DNA of 64,000 bases from Lingula anatina (GCA_051362555.1 CM120641.1:11222001-11286000), one strand, 5' to 3'; shown: positions 11,984-37,893, counted from the first letter of the stretch. The notes: a model not told the origin generated them from the sequence alone. A program made the numbers and translations.

Positions 11984-13794
11984 GAACAGACTTGCTGTCA
12001 TTACATTATCTACTGCCGTCTCGCAACTGCTCTACTGGTATTTTAGCTTTCAAGACAGACACTGCCCTTGTTAAAATCAGTCACAGTTTTTGTTTTACAG
12101 AAATAATAACTACAGAAATGGTGTGAGGCATACATTATAGTTAAGCAATGATGTGGATGACATACACACCATAAAGTGTAGGGTTAGATTGCCAATGTCA
12201 CTGAATGTGCTTGTCGAAATCTGTATCCAACCTGCTCTCCATTGGAACTGTAAGCAAACTTGTTTGCAGCAAATCCTTGCAAGGACTTCACAAGTCAGTT
12301 CTTTTAATAAGTAAATTTGCACTGAAAATCTAATGTAGGACAAAGTGGTAAAGATAACCCACAGACCTTCAGGAAATTAGTTCCTTATGAGAATGTTGTT
12401 TATACGGGAGAAGAGTTCTGTCTACGCAACTAAAATTAAGTCGAAAAATGGCAGTATCTAGATAAGGGATGGGTTTTCCTTTTAAGTGACAGTATCCCAT
12501 TTCAGGAATTGGGCCTCTCTTATTTACCTAATATCCAAGAAGAATTCTTGTTTTTCAATTCTAGGCATCTCTTATTTTCTTGAATACTAGTATGGTGCTG
12601 CTACTAAAGGGTTTCAGAGTTATAATAATTAGTTACTTCTTTCTTACTAACATTAGGTTTTCCAACAGTGCAATAATGCTGGTAATAAAAGCAACTTTCC
12701 AGCATGCCAGGACAAGAACTTCCTAAGCCTTGCCCCCCCCCCCAAAAAAAAAAATGCACCTTACACATTTTGTATTCCTCATGAAGGGCACACCTAAACA
12801 TCCACATGGATGTGGCTTTGTAATCTATTTCAATAAAAGCAGTTCAGCCTAACTAACCAGTTACTCTAAAAGCCATACCTTTTTTCACTTTTTATCAAAA
12901 CACGACATGTTCAATGTGCCAGGCCCCGTTTCACAAATGAGCTTTCAATTTTGGTCTTAACTTTTAAGACATTGTTTATTCTGACCACAGATAATTTGGC
13001 ACTAGTCCACTAAAGCAGCAACTTAGCCTGCCTAACAAATTGTTAAAATGTAACTAAAATGTAATAACACTTCACATCAGTCACTTACTTTTACATTAAT
13101 TTCGTCCTGGTTCACAGGAAATGGCCACACGTTAAGATCAACGTTTGGCTACAATACTAATTTTGTGGAAGGGGGAGGATCTGAAACACCAGAACTTGTG
13201 TTACAGTTAACTCTTTCAGTATTGTTTACAACAGTTAATGTTTTGAGATAAATTTACAATTCTGATAGCATGATGGTAGTGGATACAGTAGTAATATTTA
13301 TACCTATAATAATACACACTTAGAGAAGTAAAAATGGTAAGATACATCTTCACTTTTTTCTTAAACAGATTCAACAATAGCAAGGCACAAGTGTGTGCGA
13401 CTGTTGTGGTATCATTCTTCACCCTAGTGTAGTCTGAGACTCCAGATTTCATCTGATACAAAACATTACACCTAACTTTGTGATACCGACAACAACTAAA
13501 ATTTGGTCATCTTTCTCCATTTATTTAGGATATTGACAGTGACAACATATCCTTCTTCAATTCAAATATATTGTTACTAGATTCAGAAGAGAAATTATGG
13601 TAAACTTTTACAGCAATGTATGCCAAGCTTGTCACATAACACTTAATTGGTCTACAACATATTGGACACTATAATAATAATAGTAATAATAAAATTGTAT
13701 TCCATCCATTTCAGGATAGAAATGCCATTAGTTCAGTCAATAATCAACCAGAGTTCATAACCCTACTTAAAATATTCATGACCCTACTGAATAT

Positions 13795-26528
<12,734 letters not shown>

Positions 26529-27717
26529 AGTACATGCTGAAATAATAATGAATTCTGATACTCACTGAATGAAATAAACAACCAGAGTAGCAAGACTAAG
26601 ATGCAAATCTAAAATATCCCAAATTATGAAAAAAAGGTTGTCAAAAATGAAGCCTTGGTGAATGCATTTCATTTATAACATCATGCAATGTGACACAACC
26701 ATATGAAGCAAAAATGCCAGGTGCTACATACTGTACAGGTCCAGGTTGCATCTTATATTCAGACGTTTTATTTCATTTACTTGCTATCTGTACACTGACA
26801 CACACATACACATATATAACAAATCTCTTTATGACCTCTGTCTTGACATACGATGCACCTGAGGAAGGAATGAACATGTTATTTTTAAGAGCTTAATCCA
26901 AGAATTAAACCTTTAATGAGGTAAACTTTTAATCAAATGTATCAATAACCAAGCAGCAATACTAATTCAATGTGAGACATCTGCTTTGACTCTTTAGCAC
27001 AATTCTTAAAAATCCAAGTAGCCATAAATCTAACTGGGGAAAGAACTTTTGATACCATAACAAAAGGGCGCCATTAAGAATTGATGCTTCACCTAAAAAG
27101 TGTTTATTAAATCAACAGGAATTCCAGAGGGCAAACTAAAGGTTGTTGACCTTTCTAAATTAGGGCAACACGTAAGCCTAAAAACCTAAGGGCGATGGTA
27201 TTTCAGTTTGAAATAAATAAAAAAACTGACGAAGTAAAAGAAAATTTACCTTTAACGATTCCTTAAAAAGCGGTATGACTTGTAAAATAAATCAATATAC
27301 ACATTTTGTTGTTCTATGCTACCAAATAACAAGTGCGTGAAAAAAACATTTGATTGGATTGATTGACCCAATTTCTCTCACAATAGCTGTTGGCAAAATA
27401 TGTCTGGATCGCGTAACACAATGCTGTACAACAAGCAATCGAACAACAAGGAACAGCATACATCAAAAGCAAAGTAAACTAATTAACAATACGACCGGCT
27501 TGTAGATCATGGTTATCTTAACACTAAGTTATTCATAATCACAAACCAAGCCGAGTGTTGTTGCCGACAAAGCGCCGGACGAAGTAATATTTCCTTCTTG
27601 ACAGCACATTTACAAAGCTTTAAGTCCTAAAAGATGAGACTCGTGTATATATTCACACAACAAGATGCTCAACGGAGAAAAGGGAACACAAAATATAACA
27701 GAAAAAAGAATAACTAC

Positions 27718-27923
27718 CTCTTATTTTGCAGTATTCCAATTCAGCAATGAAATTGTTGATTTCATCCTAGAAATGACGTCACGCTGTCTGTTTCGCGCTG
27801 GATCTCGTCAGGATCGCGAGAGTCTGGGTGCACTCGATCCCAAGCACCTGCAGGATGTAAACAAGGGAGGGCACGGGAGCTATTGAACCAAAAACACATG
27901 AAAACAGGCGTTGATAAGTGAAC
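27718..27923. promoter_or_regulatory. Candidate shared bidirectional promoter / 5' exons of AKT (-) and AP4M1 (+)
   Basis: Local CpG enrichment; full CRE TGACGTCA 27774-27781; TCGCGAGA near 27814; GTAAACAA 27857-27864; minus-strand donor GAG|GTAGTT at 27717. Confidence 0.65.
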
Positions 27924-27981
27924 ATGTTATCCGAATGCATACTGGTTTCATCGAAAGGCGAGGTGTTGGTTGATAAACAAT
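27924..27981 (+). CDS. AP4M1: AP4M1 exon 1 (MLSECILVSSKGEVLVDKQ)
   Basis: Matches the mu-adaptin N-terminus; donor T|GTATCTTT. Confidence 0.85.
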
Positions 27982-30900
27982 GTATCTTTACTAATGTATA
28001 GCTATTGTCAGCTTAACTGTTGTAATTTTTTTTAAATATTCCGGTACTACCAGTACACTACAGCCGCAGTTTGGTCTCAAGTTGGCCAACTCCCCCAAAA
28101 ATCTTTTTTAGGTGGGATGGGTCTTTTAGTGTAAAGGGTCTCTTGGATAATGTAGATATAAGAGGGAATGGTGAAGCATTTTTACCTTAACATTCTTAGT
28201 CAGACAAGATGTGTGCAAGTCGTCTAGTGGCGGATTCATTGCAAAAGTCAAGGGAGACAGTGCAGCAAGGATACCCCCTCACTTTGTAAGAGTTTTTATT
28301 TAATTTCTGAGTTGAAACATCAGTGTATTCTTAACACTCTGCTGTAATTATTTGCTCCTTGAAACGGTATCTCCATCTTCTGTATGAATGCTGGCATGAA
28401 AAGTTCATGCATTAGTAGACATCATTTAGTAAGATTAATTTTGTACTAATTAATACCTGTAACCAGTCATATTGTGGGATACACTACCAGTGATCTTCAT
28501 GTCAGGCCAATGTTGTACTGGAAGTTGCCAGTGTAAGCAGTGTTACTAGTACATACAGGGGCAGATCCAGGATTATTTGAAGGGGGGGGGGGTCCCCTAA
28601 TGTGAATCCCCCCCCCCCCCCAACTTGGCGTGGAGTTCAGGACCTGCTGAAGGGCTGCAAAAAATTTTGGTATTTTAGAGGGCGAATGGTGCCATTTGGT
28701 ATGGTTTAGAACTATGATTCAGCTAGTCAAATTTCTAATTATAGGAGAAGACCAGAAATCAAAAGGGGGGGGGGGGTCAGAACCCCCCTGACCCCCCCCT
28801 CCCAGGTCCGCCACTGCATGTAAAATGCACATACTACAGGTAATGAACTTGTACTGAGTACATATTTGTTGCTAGGTATCAGCACTGAGCCCAACTTTTT
28901 CTTGTGTACATAATCAAGCTACAAATATTGCTTTACTTTCAGATGGAAGGGGATATCCATTATTATTATATCAAAAGAAGTGGAGTATACTTTGTGGCTA
29001 CAACAAAGGGCACTGAAGTATCTTCTATATTAGTAATTGAAATTCTTTCAAGGTGCATATAGGAATGGATTTTGATTGTTGGTGACATGGTTGTTTAATA
29101 TACAGCAGATATTTTGTACTTACATCAGTTCATACTAGTTTGGCAAACCAACATTGGTTTAAAAGTCCTGGACCAATACTGTAACTGAAAATATTATCAG
29201 TTAAAATTAATAACAACAAAAACCAACAAGGACAAGAGGTGGGCATTGGCATATTAGATTAATTAGTATATATATTTGTTTTTTCATACAATGAATATTT
29301 GACTTATTATGTCTGGCAGTTTTGTGGTGATATTTTAATATTTTATTAAAAAATATGATATCAAATTTGTATGTAAGTGGAACTGAAACATGTGTAAAGC
29401 AATTTTTTAGCAACAGAATATTATTTTTATTTGCTTACAGGGTGTATCATCTTTGCAAAGATTTCTGCGGTGTCATAAACACTGATACAATCAAAGCTAA
29501 CATGGTGCTTATCTATGAATTGCTGGGGGAAGTTCTAGTAAGTTAAGTAAAAAAGAACATGTTGAAAATTAGTTTTTTATGATTTTATAATGAAATGTGT
29601 GGTATATGCATCAACTAAAAAAAAATACTGAGAAGCATAATAGCAGTGACTATTTTTTAAGAAGAACATACATATAACAAAAATTTTAATTCATGTGTCC
29701 TCCAAAACTATGTATGTTGCTGAAGCATTACAGGGGTTGACATTAAATTTTTTCACTTGGTTGCTTAGGAATGCAAACCAGGTCTGCTGGTTTGGTTGCT
29801 ATACTAAATTTTTTTTTTTTAATATCTCAGTGGAGGGGTTATCAAGCATGCAATGTAAAAATCTTTATTTTTAACTGATATTCCAGAATCAAAAAGAAGT
29901 CCAAATAAAAGGTTATGCCAGTTTCTCTGTATTTTTACAAAAAGAGATTAAAAGAGATTACAGAAAATGTAGCATATATTTTATTGGTATCTTATAATCA
30001 ACACAAAAAACTACTGTACATGTTACCAAGAGCAGCCTGTGGCATAAAACATACTATAAAACATACAATAAATGAAAAATATTCAAAATGGAATCAGTTG
30101 CATAGTCTGGCAAATGCTGATCAAGATTTGGTTGCCTGTGAGCAAAACACAACCACGCAACCTTTAATGTCAAGCCTTGCATGTATATTTCAGATGTGTT
30201 TTCCACTAATAACTGCCATATAAAATTAAACTTCATTCTAAATTATTTTGAAAGGGAGAACAAACAAATTATTTGAATTTTTCAACAAAGATTTGAGAGA
30301 TATTATGACTTAAAGATAATTTTGATGGACTTTTTTGTAGCTTTTTGCATGACTGCATATTTAATAAGTGTAACATATACATGTATGTAGACCTTTCACA
30401 TACCACCCCTTGTTTTTTACTACTCCATTACTGTTATTTCTAAATTCATTCATATAAAACTTTGCTCAGCAAACTCAAAATCTGCTGCTTTTCATTCTTG
30501 ACAAGACATTTCTCTTTTAGGCGGGCATACCTACATGTATTTTGGTATTACTCATGTATCTCTACTAAAAGAGCTCCTGTCTTAAATCTATCCAAAACCA
30601 AAATTTATTATTCTTTAAACCCTCAGGATTTTGGCTATGCTCAACTGATGTCTGCCAGTAAGTTGAAGCCATATGTACAAAGTGAACCTGTGCTGGTAAA
30701 ATCTGAAGGAACACAAGATGTTATGGTGCCAGGTTTGGTAAGTGCAAGTCTCCATTCAAAGTCATATCCAACATTACATAGTTTTTAACCAACTACATTC
30801 AGGAAGTAGACAATTTTAGAAACAAGGCAAGGCAGGGACCAGAATGAATGGAAAAGTTGGTAAAAATGAACATTTGTTGTACAATTAAGCTGAGTATGAA

Positions 30901-32420
30901 GCATTGGAGTTGATACCCTGCATGGATGGTGTGATGAGGGTTTTGGTCAAACTTTTTCAGTTTGGTCTTGAACGCAGAGTAGCACCCAGCCATGCAGCAG
31001 ATAAACCAGTCATACGGAGCAGACAAGATCAGGTATTTGAGAAATCAATGAAGGAATTGAAATTTTATTTTAAAAAGAAACATTTAGATTATTCAAAAAC
31101 TACATGGTGTTAATCTTCTGAAAATTTTTCTTATAACTTAATTTTCACAAGCAGTCCTGTTAAATTACCTAGTCAGTCAAATCCTAATGCAGGTTAAGCT
31201 ATGCTAGGCAGATGTCGGAGTGATTTGAAACATATTTATTTATTTATAACATGCTCACGCCAGATTTCCAACTTTTTGGGTGGTGTTGATGTGTTGATGT
31301 TTACGACAGTAATGGGATTTTTTCAACTGTCAGCAGATTTCTGATTTTTTGGGGCCAGAAAGTATGATATGAAACCTACATACCTCACATTTATGTTATC
31401 ATATTGGATTAATTAAATATTTTTATTTAGACAATACTATCATTTTTCAAATTTTAAAAAACAATGTGGCATCATGGCGCAAGAAAAAAAGATGAGATGT
31501 CCCTATTCCAAAACAGTGCACTCTATATTATATGGTAATGCTGGGGAACCTGCTTCTTTGCCAAACAAAGCCAGTCAGTAAATTTAATGTAAAACAAAAA
31601 TATGGTTTTGCAGTTATGGGGCAAACATCACCAAATTTGTGCAAAAAAACAGAATAACTACCATAGATTTCAGAAGCAACCTGCTTCTTTATCAAACAAA
31701 GCAACTCAGTAAATTTAAAATAAAAAAATATGGTTTGGCAGTTATGGGGCATGTGTTGGATGGCTGACCGATCAGAATATATACAGACACTTAGTATCTG
31801 TATGTAAAAACATAAAAACCTTAGAGGAATGTCAGTTGTGATTTCTGTTACATTATGACATTTTCAACTCTCCATTATGGCTTCAATCCAACTATTTTGA
31901 TTCACTACACCTTAGGGCCTTGCAGGTGCTTGTACATTGAGATATGTAAGTCACATCAATAAGGGTCAATTATCCCATAAGTTGAATAACACCAAAAAGG
32001 CTTCAACAAAGGTTATTCCATACACAAATTAATCTTATTTTCTTTTTCAGGAAAAGAGAAACAATGAAATATTTGTGGATATAGTGGAAAGGGTGACAGC
32101 TGTGGTTGATGCTGATGTAAGTTCTGTTCATTGGGATAGTCTTTGTGGGATCTAATGACAAAATATGTGTCACTTCTGAACGTGAATTTGTAATCAAGAT
32201 GATATATATACATGTATTTAAAAATAATTTTGCTATCAAGAAAGGTAAACATACTTAAGCATAAACCTATCTTACTCATTCACATAGAATAAATTTTAAA
32301 TGGTAGATTCAGGATTTTCCTGAGAATGGAGGGTGGGAAACTTGCTTTGCTCACTTAGCAAATGTCAGACAGTAGTTGAGGACCATTTTACCATAATGAA
32401 TAAGGCACATGGACGAAAAA

Positions 32421-32494
<74 letters not shown>

Positions 32495-35400
32495 CTGCAG
32501 GAAAAGGTGTGATCTCAGAAGCTAAGGGAAGGACATATACTCTCCCTTAATCTGCTTTCAGTTATTATCTTTTGAATCTGCATGTTGCAAGTATTTTGAA
32601 CAATTAAATGTTATCTAAAGAGTGTGTGTGAAGGTTTTAGGGCATAATGTTGCACATCCAAATAGACAATTTACATTATATGTATTTCAGGGCTCCCTGT
32701 CTAGAGCTGAGGTCAGTGGTCAAGTTAACATGAAAAGTTTCTTAGCAGGTGCTCCAGTGATCAAGATGGGTTTATCTGAAGATCTGACAATAACAAAGGG
32801 AAAGCAGAAAGGTATGGAATGTAAGGGATGAAATTTGCACGAGTTCTTAGCAGAGTTTTTCATGATGGATTTGTTTAAACAGTAATTTTAAAAGGCACCT
32901 TAGATGTTGAAATTTAGACTTGAGGAATTTTTCCCATAATTTCAGCACTTCTTATATTTTTACCTTATTATGCAAGAATTGCCTCTTGTGAATTGGACAC
33001 GGTTTTTATGTGGGCTGTATTGTTTTAATTTGACTTGCATCTTCTTTGGACTTGTTTATTGTGGTACTGTATAGGCATGTCCATAGAACAGGATGCCTAG
33101 GGAAAAAATTGAAAAGTTTTATGCTTCTTTCAAAACATGTGTAAGTTTGCAGCTATGTGGCACCAAGGTTCAGAATGGGCATTTGAAAGTATAACAAAAA
33201 CTTAACGCCCGATTCAATTAAGTCTCATATACTAACTTATAATAGTTTTGCCATTTATAATGCAAAGCCGTAAGCATCAAATGTAATTTACATGAGACTT
33301 CGCTAGCCAAATGTCTGTTGCTTTCACTGTCTGTTAACAATTACTTTGTGGCCAAATTATTTATTGTCTGATACTTATATCTGTATGTCTGATTGTTTGA
33401 TGTTCATATGTGGATATTCTTTTACCTAGGTTATAACAAAGTTCAGATGGATGATTGTAGCTTTCATCCAAGTATAGACCTCAAGGAATTTGATAACAAT
33501 CGAGTGCTAGGAATCAAGCCCACAGAAGGAGAGGTATATATGTTCCTGTCTAAATAAACTGATAAGTTCACAAATTTTATAATTGATGAAAGGAGTTTGA
33601 TATTGAAAATAACCAATATATTACATCTGTGCGGAGAAGAAAATTTATTCCACTCCGAGAATAAAGGTTACACCAGACAATATTGTGAAGCAATAAAGTA
33701 TTGTCGGGTCATAATTGTTTTTATTGTAGAAAATAGATGAAGGTAAAATACAATTAAACTATGTCATGGATTATGTCAAATGATTGACAGTATATGAAGT
33801 GATATTTTATTCTGCGTCACACATAATAAAGAGAATTATGTTTGTTTTGTACCTTACAGCTTGTGGTAATGACTTATCACATTGGTGGAGAAAACCTGAT
33901 AAATTTACCATTCAGACTTACCCATCGCATTGAATTCTCAAGGTAAAAGTCACATCCTTTCTTTCTCCTGTCCCCCTCTCTTTTCTGGATATCTGGAACC
34001 AAAAAAGCTATTATCTGTTTTATTTTACTGAAAGGAGATAATACAGTCATTTTTGGGATGTTCATTGGCATTATTTTTCAGTATTATAGACACATAACAT
34101 AGACTGGATGTAAGAATTGTGTTATCCTTTTGTAGCACTAGGAATCTTGAGCTACATCTAAAGCTACGCTGCGAGCTTGCTCCGTCAGCCCACGCTGTTA
34201 ACGTAGGACTAAAAATTCATGTGCCACGGGAGACAGGAAGGTAAATATGTGTGAACTAGAAGAAAGGGAATTATGTTTTGTCACTCACTTTTACATTTGA
34301 TGTTCTAAGATTGACATTAAGGTGACAACTACATGCAGCATGTGCTCTATGCTTAATCAACATGTGGCAAAAGTTCTGGTTGATAGCCACAATTTCTATG
34401 CTTTCATTTCATTTGTGCACTTTGAGCATACCTAGTTTTCTACTAACATTCTTCCAGTGAATAGGTACTTTTTTTTAGTTTAATAGTTGGTTTTAACAAC
34501 TTTTTTCCTGTTTGTTTAGGTGCTGATTGTTGCATGTTGTGTTTTGTATGTTTAATATATTTTATGTGGAGAAACAGGACCTTTAAAAACAGTAAATTAT
34601 GTGTAGTGTATCCGAATTGACAGAAATGATAGAGTAACTTATATTTACGTGATATAATAGCATCTTAGTCAAATGATGAAAATATTATATTTAAATAAAC
34701 TGAACCAAAAAAAAAAAAACAAAGTCACCCTATGTTGAAGAATGTGGATACAAAGATAATCTCATTTTTCAGTGACACATTTTTTATCACATCACACAAA
34801 ATATGTCACATTTGTATTACAAATCTAGGTGTGAAATTTTGAAGAAAAATTATACAATGTTAGACAAAATGGAAAAGTAAGAATCTGGTTGCCATAATTT
34901 TCAGAATCACTCAACAGTTCAGTTGCCCAGGTCAGTCAGCCATACTTAAACAAGAGGAAAAATGCATGCTTTGGCAAATTAAAAGGATTGAAGGGGGTTC
35001 AGAGGCTGCGTCGAGATTTATGGTAGGTACTCATAATAATATTGCTTTATGGCTGATATTACAGTTCCAAAGCATAAATAAAGGTTGAGGGAGTGGAGTA
35101 GACTCTCTTACATTCTATATACTGATTCTTCATACTAGTGTCCAACACTTATTAAATTAAATGATTTTTAAAATTTTAGTATTTTTCCAAAATAAAACCA
35201 TCCATTTGTCATAAAATCATTTAAATCCAACCATTTATTATTAAAACAATTGTTCAAAATCTGAATTTCTCAAACTTTGAAGTTTGTTTTCACAGTTAAT
35301 TTCCCAAGACAAGAAATTGCTGAACAGTGAAGAGGTTGGCCCAGCGACACTTGACTTCGAGTTATCCAATCATGTTTGCTCAGGCCTTCAAGTGCGATTC

Positions 35401-35502
35401 CTTCGAGTGTTTGAACGCGAGCATTCCTATCTGCCTCAGAGATGGATTCGATACATCACAGTCCCAGATAACTATCTGTTTAAACTCGCTACAACAGAAT
35501 AA
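27924..35502 (+). CDS. AP4M1: AP-4 adaptor complex mu subunit, complete spliced CDS, 13 exons, 1338 nt / 445 aa
   Basis: Exons 27924-27981, 28200-28285, 28943-29052, 29441-29537, 30627-30737, 30961-31032, 32051-32116, 32691-32811, 33430-33533, 33860-33942, 34136-34240, 34905-35022, 35296-35502 join in frame; mu4-type motifs SSKGE, VAPSHAADKPVIRSRQDQ, NEIFVDIVER, LHLKLRCEL, CSGLQVRFLRV. Confidence 0.94.
27982..28199 (+). other. U12-type (minor spliceosome) GT-AG intron
   Basis: 5'SS GTATCTTT; branch site TTTACCTTAAC 28181-28191 close to the AG at 28198-28199; no long polypyrimidine tract; splicing restores KQF-RQD. Confidence 0.8.
28200..28285 (+). CDS. AP4M1: AP4M1 exon 2 (FRQDVCK...RIPPHF)
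   Basis: Phase 1-0, GTAAGA donor. Confidence 0.85.
28556..28816 (+). mobile_element. MITE, CAG(G/T)GGCGGAT-terminal family, copy 2 (AP4M1 intron 2)
   Basis: CAGGGGCAGATCCAGGATTATTTGAAGGG ... GGTCCGCCACTG; shares GGTTTAGAACTATGAT.CAGCTAGTCAAA with copy 1. Confidence 0.85.
28943..29052 (+). CDS. AP4M1: AP4M1 exon 3 (MEGDIHYYYIKRSGVYFVATT...EILS)
   Basis: Longin domain; phase 0-2. Confidence 0.93.
29441..29537 (+). CDS. AP4M1: AP4M1 exon 4 (RVYHLCKDFCG...LIYELLGEVL)
   Basis: Conserved NxxLIYELL motif. Confidence 0.95.
30627..30737 (+). CDS. AP4M1: AP4M1 exon 5 (DFGYAQ...VPGL)
   Basis: DFGYxQ motif; phase 0-0. Confidence 0.94.
30961..31032 (+). CDS. AP4M1: AP4M1 exon 6 (FGLERRVAPSHAADKPVIRSRQDQ)
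   Basis: mu4-type linker; phase 0-0. Confidence 0.93.
32051..32116 (+). CDS. AP4M1: AP4M1 exon 7 (EKRNNEIFVDIVERVTAVVDAD)
   Basis: Start of the mu homology domain. Confidence 0.94.
32438..32490. repeat. (TA)n microsatellite preceded by poly(A)
   Basis: Direct reading. Confidence 0.9.
32691..32811 (+). CDS. AP4M1: AP4M1 exon 8 (GSLSRAEVSGQVNMKSFLAG...KQK)
   Basis: MKSFL motif; phase 0-1. Confidence 0.95.
33430..33533 (+). CDS. AP4M1: AP4M1 exon 9 (GYNKVQMDDCSFHPSIDLKEFDNNRVLGIKPTEGE)
   Basis: DDxxFH...P.xGE motif; phase 1-0. Confidence 0.95.
33860..33942 (+). CDS. AP4M1: AP4M1 exon 10 (LVVMTYHIGGENLINLPFRL...)
   Basis: LPFRL motif; phase 0-2. Confidence 0.93.
34136..34240 (+). CDS. AP4M1: AP4M1 exon 11 (TRNLELHLKLRCEL...HVPRETG)
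   Basis: Phase 2-2. Confidence 0.93.
34905..35022 (+). CDS. AP4M1: AP4M1 exon 12 (ITQQFSCPGQ...LWQIKRIEGGSE...FM)
   Basis: W.I.RI.GG motif; phase 2-0. Confidence 0.92.
35296..35502 (+). CDS. AP4M1: AP4M1 exon 13 (to stop)
   Basis: GPATLDFEL...SGLQVRFLRV...RWIRYIT, TAA. Confidence 0.95.
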   Translation, partial: LISQDKKLLNSEEVGPATLDFELSNHVCSGLQVRFLRVFEREHSYLPQRWIRYITVPDNYLFKLATTE

Positions 35503-35779
35503 CTGTAAGACTCTTTTAACTAAAAAGTTCCAGTGAACTGTCATGTTGTACTCCAATTGTAAAAGACTGATGGCAAGATAAGCTAAGCCTTGTCTTTCTT
35601 TGATACAAATGGTGGGAAATGCTAGAATTTGTATGGTGCTTCAATTACCTTACTACTTTTGTGATTTTAAAATGACAAAAATTGATTTTAATTCTTGCAT
35701 TGGTGTGTCTTATATAGAACAGAATTTCAATTTTATTTCTGTCAAGAAAATAATTACAAGTCAAACACTGTCCAATGCA

Positions 35780-35785
35780 AATAAA
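35780..35785 (+). terminator. Candidate AP4M1 poly(A) signal AATAAA
   Basis: First AATAAA after the stop (~280 nt downstream); lies in sequence homologous to the array unit. Confidence 0.5.
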
Positions 35786-37893
35786 GCAATGTGACATACC
35801 ACAATACTAAAAAAGACACTAATGCTAAAAAGACATTTCATTAAGAAACACTATTCAATCCCAAAACAAAGCAAAGAATGTAATAACTGAATGAAGCCAA
35901 AACATCCAGCGGGTGGTGTCCCAACACCCATAGACCGTGCTTTGCTCAAGTTTTCAATAATATTTCTTCACCATATCTTATGAAATAGACAATCTATTTA
36001 ACAAATGCCATAATTAGTAAGGACATTACTTGTTATAAGACTCAAATTATAAGGAACACTGTCCAATGCAAATAAAGCAAAGAATGTTTAAACTGGATAA
36101 AGCCAAAATATCCAGCGGGTGGTGTCCCAGCACCCACAGACCGTACTTTAGAACACATTGGCTAATATTCCTTTTACAAGCAACCATTTATTTTTAAATG
36201 AACTAAAGATAATAACCTTTAAATATACATTTGTTTAACAACAGTGAAGCACGTTCACCTGCAAAGCAGTTGTCAACACTTCAAATACTTACATTGTTCC
36301 AACAACTCTGTAATTTTTTTCCACTTTCCAACATACCTTTTCCTCTAATCTAAATTGAATTTTATCTAGGCTGTTGCCTGAAAAAGAAAGTTGTCTACCA
36401 AAATCAATACAGGAGTTGAAGTTTATGCAAAATTTTCCTCCATGTGAGATTTTGCTTGTCTTACCACATACCACAATATCCACGGAGATTCAAATTGCCA
36501 CTAATGCTAAAAAAGACATTTCATTAAGAAACACTATTCAATCCAAAAACAAAGCAAAGAATGTAATAACTGAATGAAGCCAAAACATCCAGCGGGTGGT
36601 GTCCCAACACCCACAGACTGCTTTGCTCAAGTTTTCAATAATATTTCTTCACCATATCTTATCAAATAGACAATCTATTTAACAAATGCCATAATTAGTA
36701 AGGACATTATTTGTTATAAGACTCAAATTATAAGGAACACTGTCCAATGCAAATAAAGCAAAGAATGTTTAAACTGGATAAAGCCAAAATATCCAGCGGG
36801 TGGTGTCCCAGCACCCACAGACCGTACTTTAGAACACATTGGCTAATATTCCTTTTACAAGCAACCATTTATTTTTAAATGAACTAAAGATAATAACCTT
36901 TAAATATACATTTCTTTAACAACAGTGAAGCACGTTCACCTGCAAAGCAGTTGTCAACACTTCAAATACTTACATTGTTCCAACAACGCTGTAATTTTTT
37001 TTCCACTTTCCAACATACCTTTTCCTCTAATCTAAATTGAATTTCATCTAGGCTGTTGCCTGAAAAAGAAAGTTGTCTACCAAAATCAATACAGGAGTTG
37101 AAGTTTATGCAAAATTTCCCTCCATGTGACATTTTGCTTGTCTTACCACATACCACAATATCCACGAAGATTCAAAGTGCCACTAATGCTAAAAAAGACA
37201 TTTCATTAAGAAACACTATTCAATCCAAAAACAAAGCAAAGAATGTAATAACTGAATGAAGCCAAAACATCCAGCGGGTGGTGTCCCAACACCCACAGAC
37301 CGTGCTTTGCTCAAGTTTTCAATAATATTTCTTCACCATATCTTATGAAATAGACAATCTATTTAACAAATGCCATAATTAGTAAGGGCATTATTTGTTA
37401 TAAGACTCAAATTATAAGGAACACTGTCCAATGCAAATAAAGCAAAGAATGTTTAAACTGGATAAAGCCAAAATATCCAGCGGGTGGTGTCCCAGCACCC
37501 ACAGACTGTACTTTACAACACTATGGCTAATATTCCTTTTACAAGCAACCATTTATTTTTAAATGAACTAAAGATAAAAACCTTTAAATATACATTTGTT
37601 TAACAACAGTGAAGCATGTTCACCTGCAAAGCAGTTGTCAACACTTCAAATACTTACATTGTTCCAACAACTCTGTAATTTTTTTCCACTTTCCAACATA
37701 CCTTTTCCTCTAATCTAAATTGAATTTTTATCTAGGCTGTTGCCTGAAAAAGAAAGTTGTCCACCAAAATCAATACAGGAGTTGAAGTTTATGCAAAATT
37801 TCCCTCCATGTGACATTTTGCTTGTCTTACCACATACCACAATATCCACGGAGATTCAAAGTGCCACTAATGCTAAAAAAGACATTTCATTAA

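Noticed and set aside
12919-13175. Possible Harbinger-like MITE in the AKT 3' UTR (CAGGCCCCGTTTCACAAA ... TTTGTGGAAGGGG)
   Set aside because: Right end too degenerate to support boundaries
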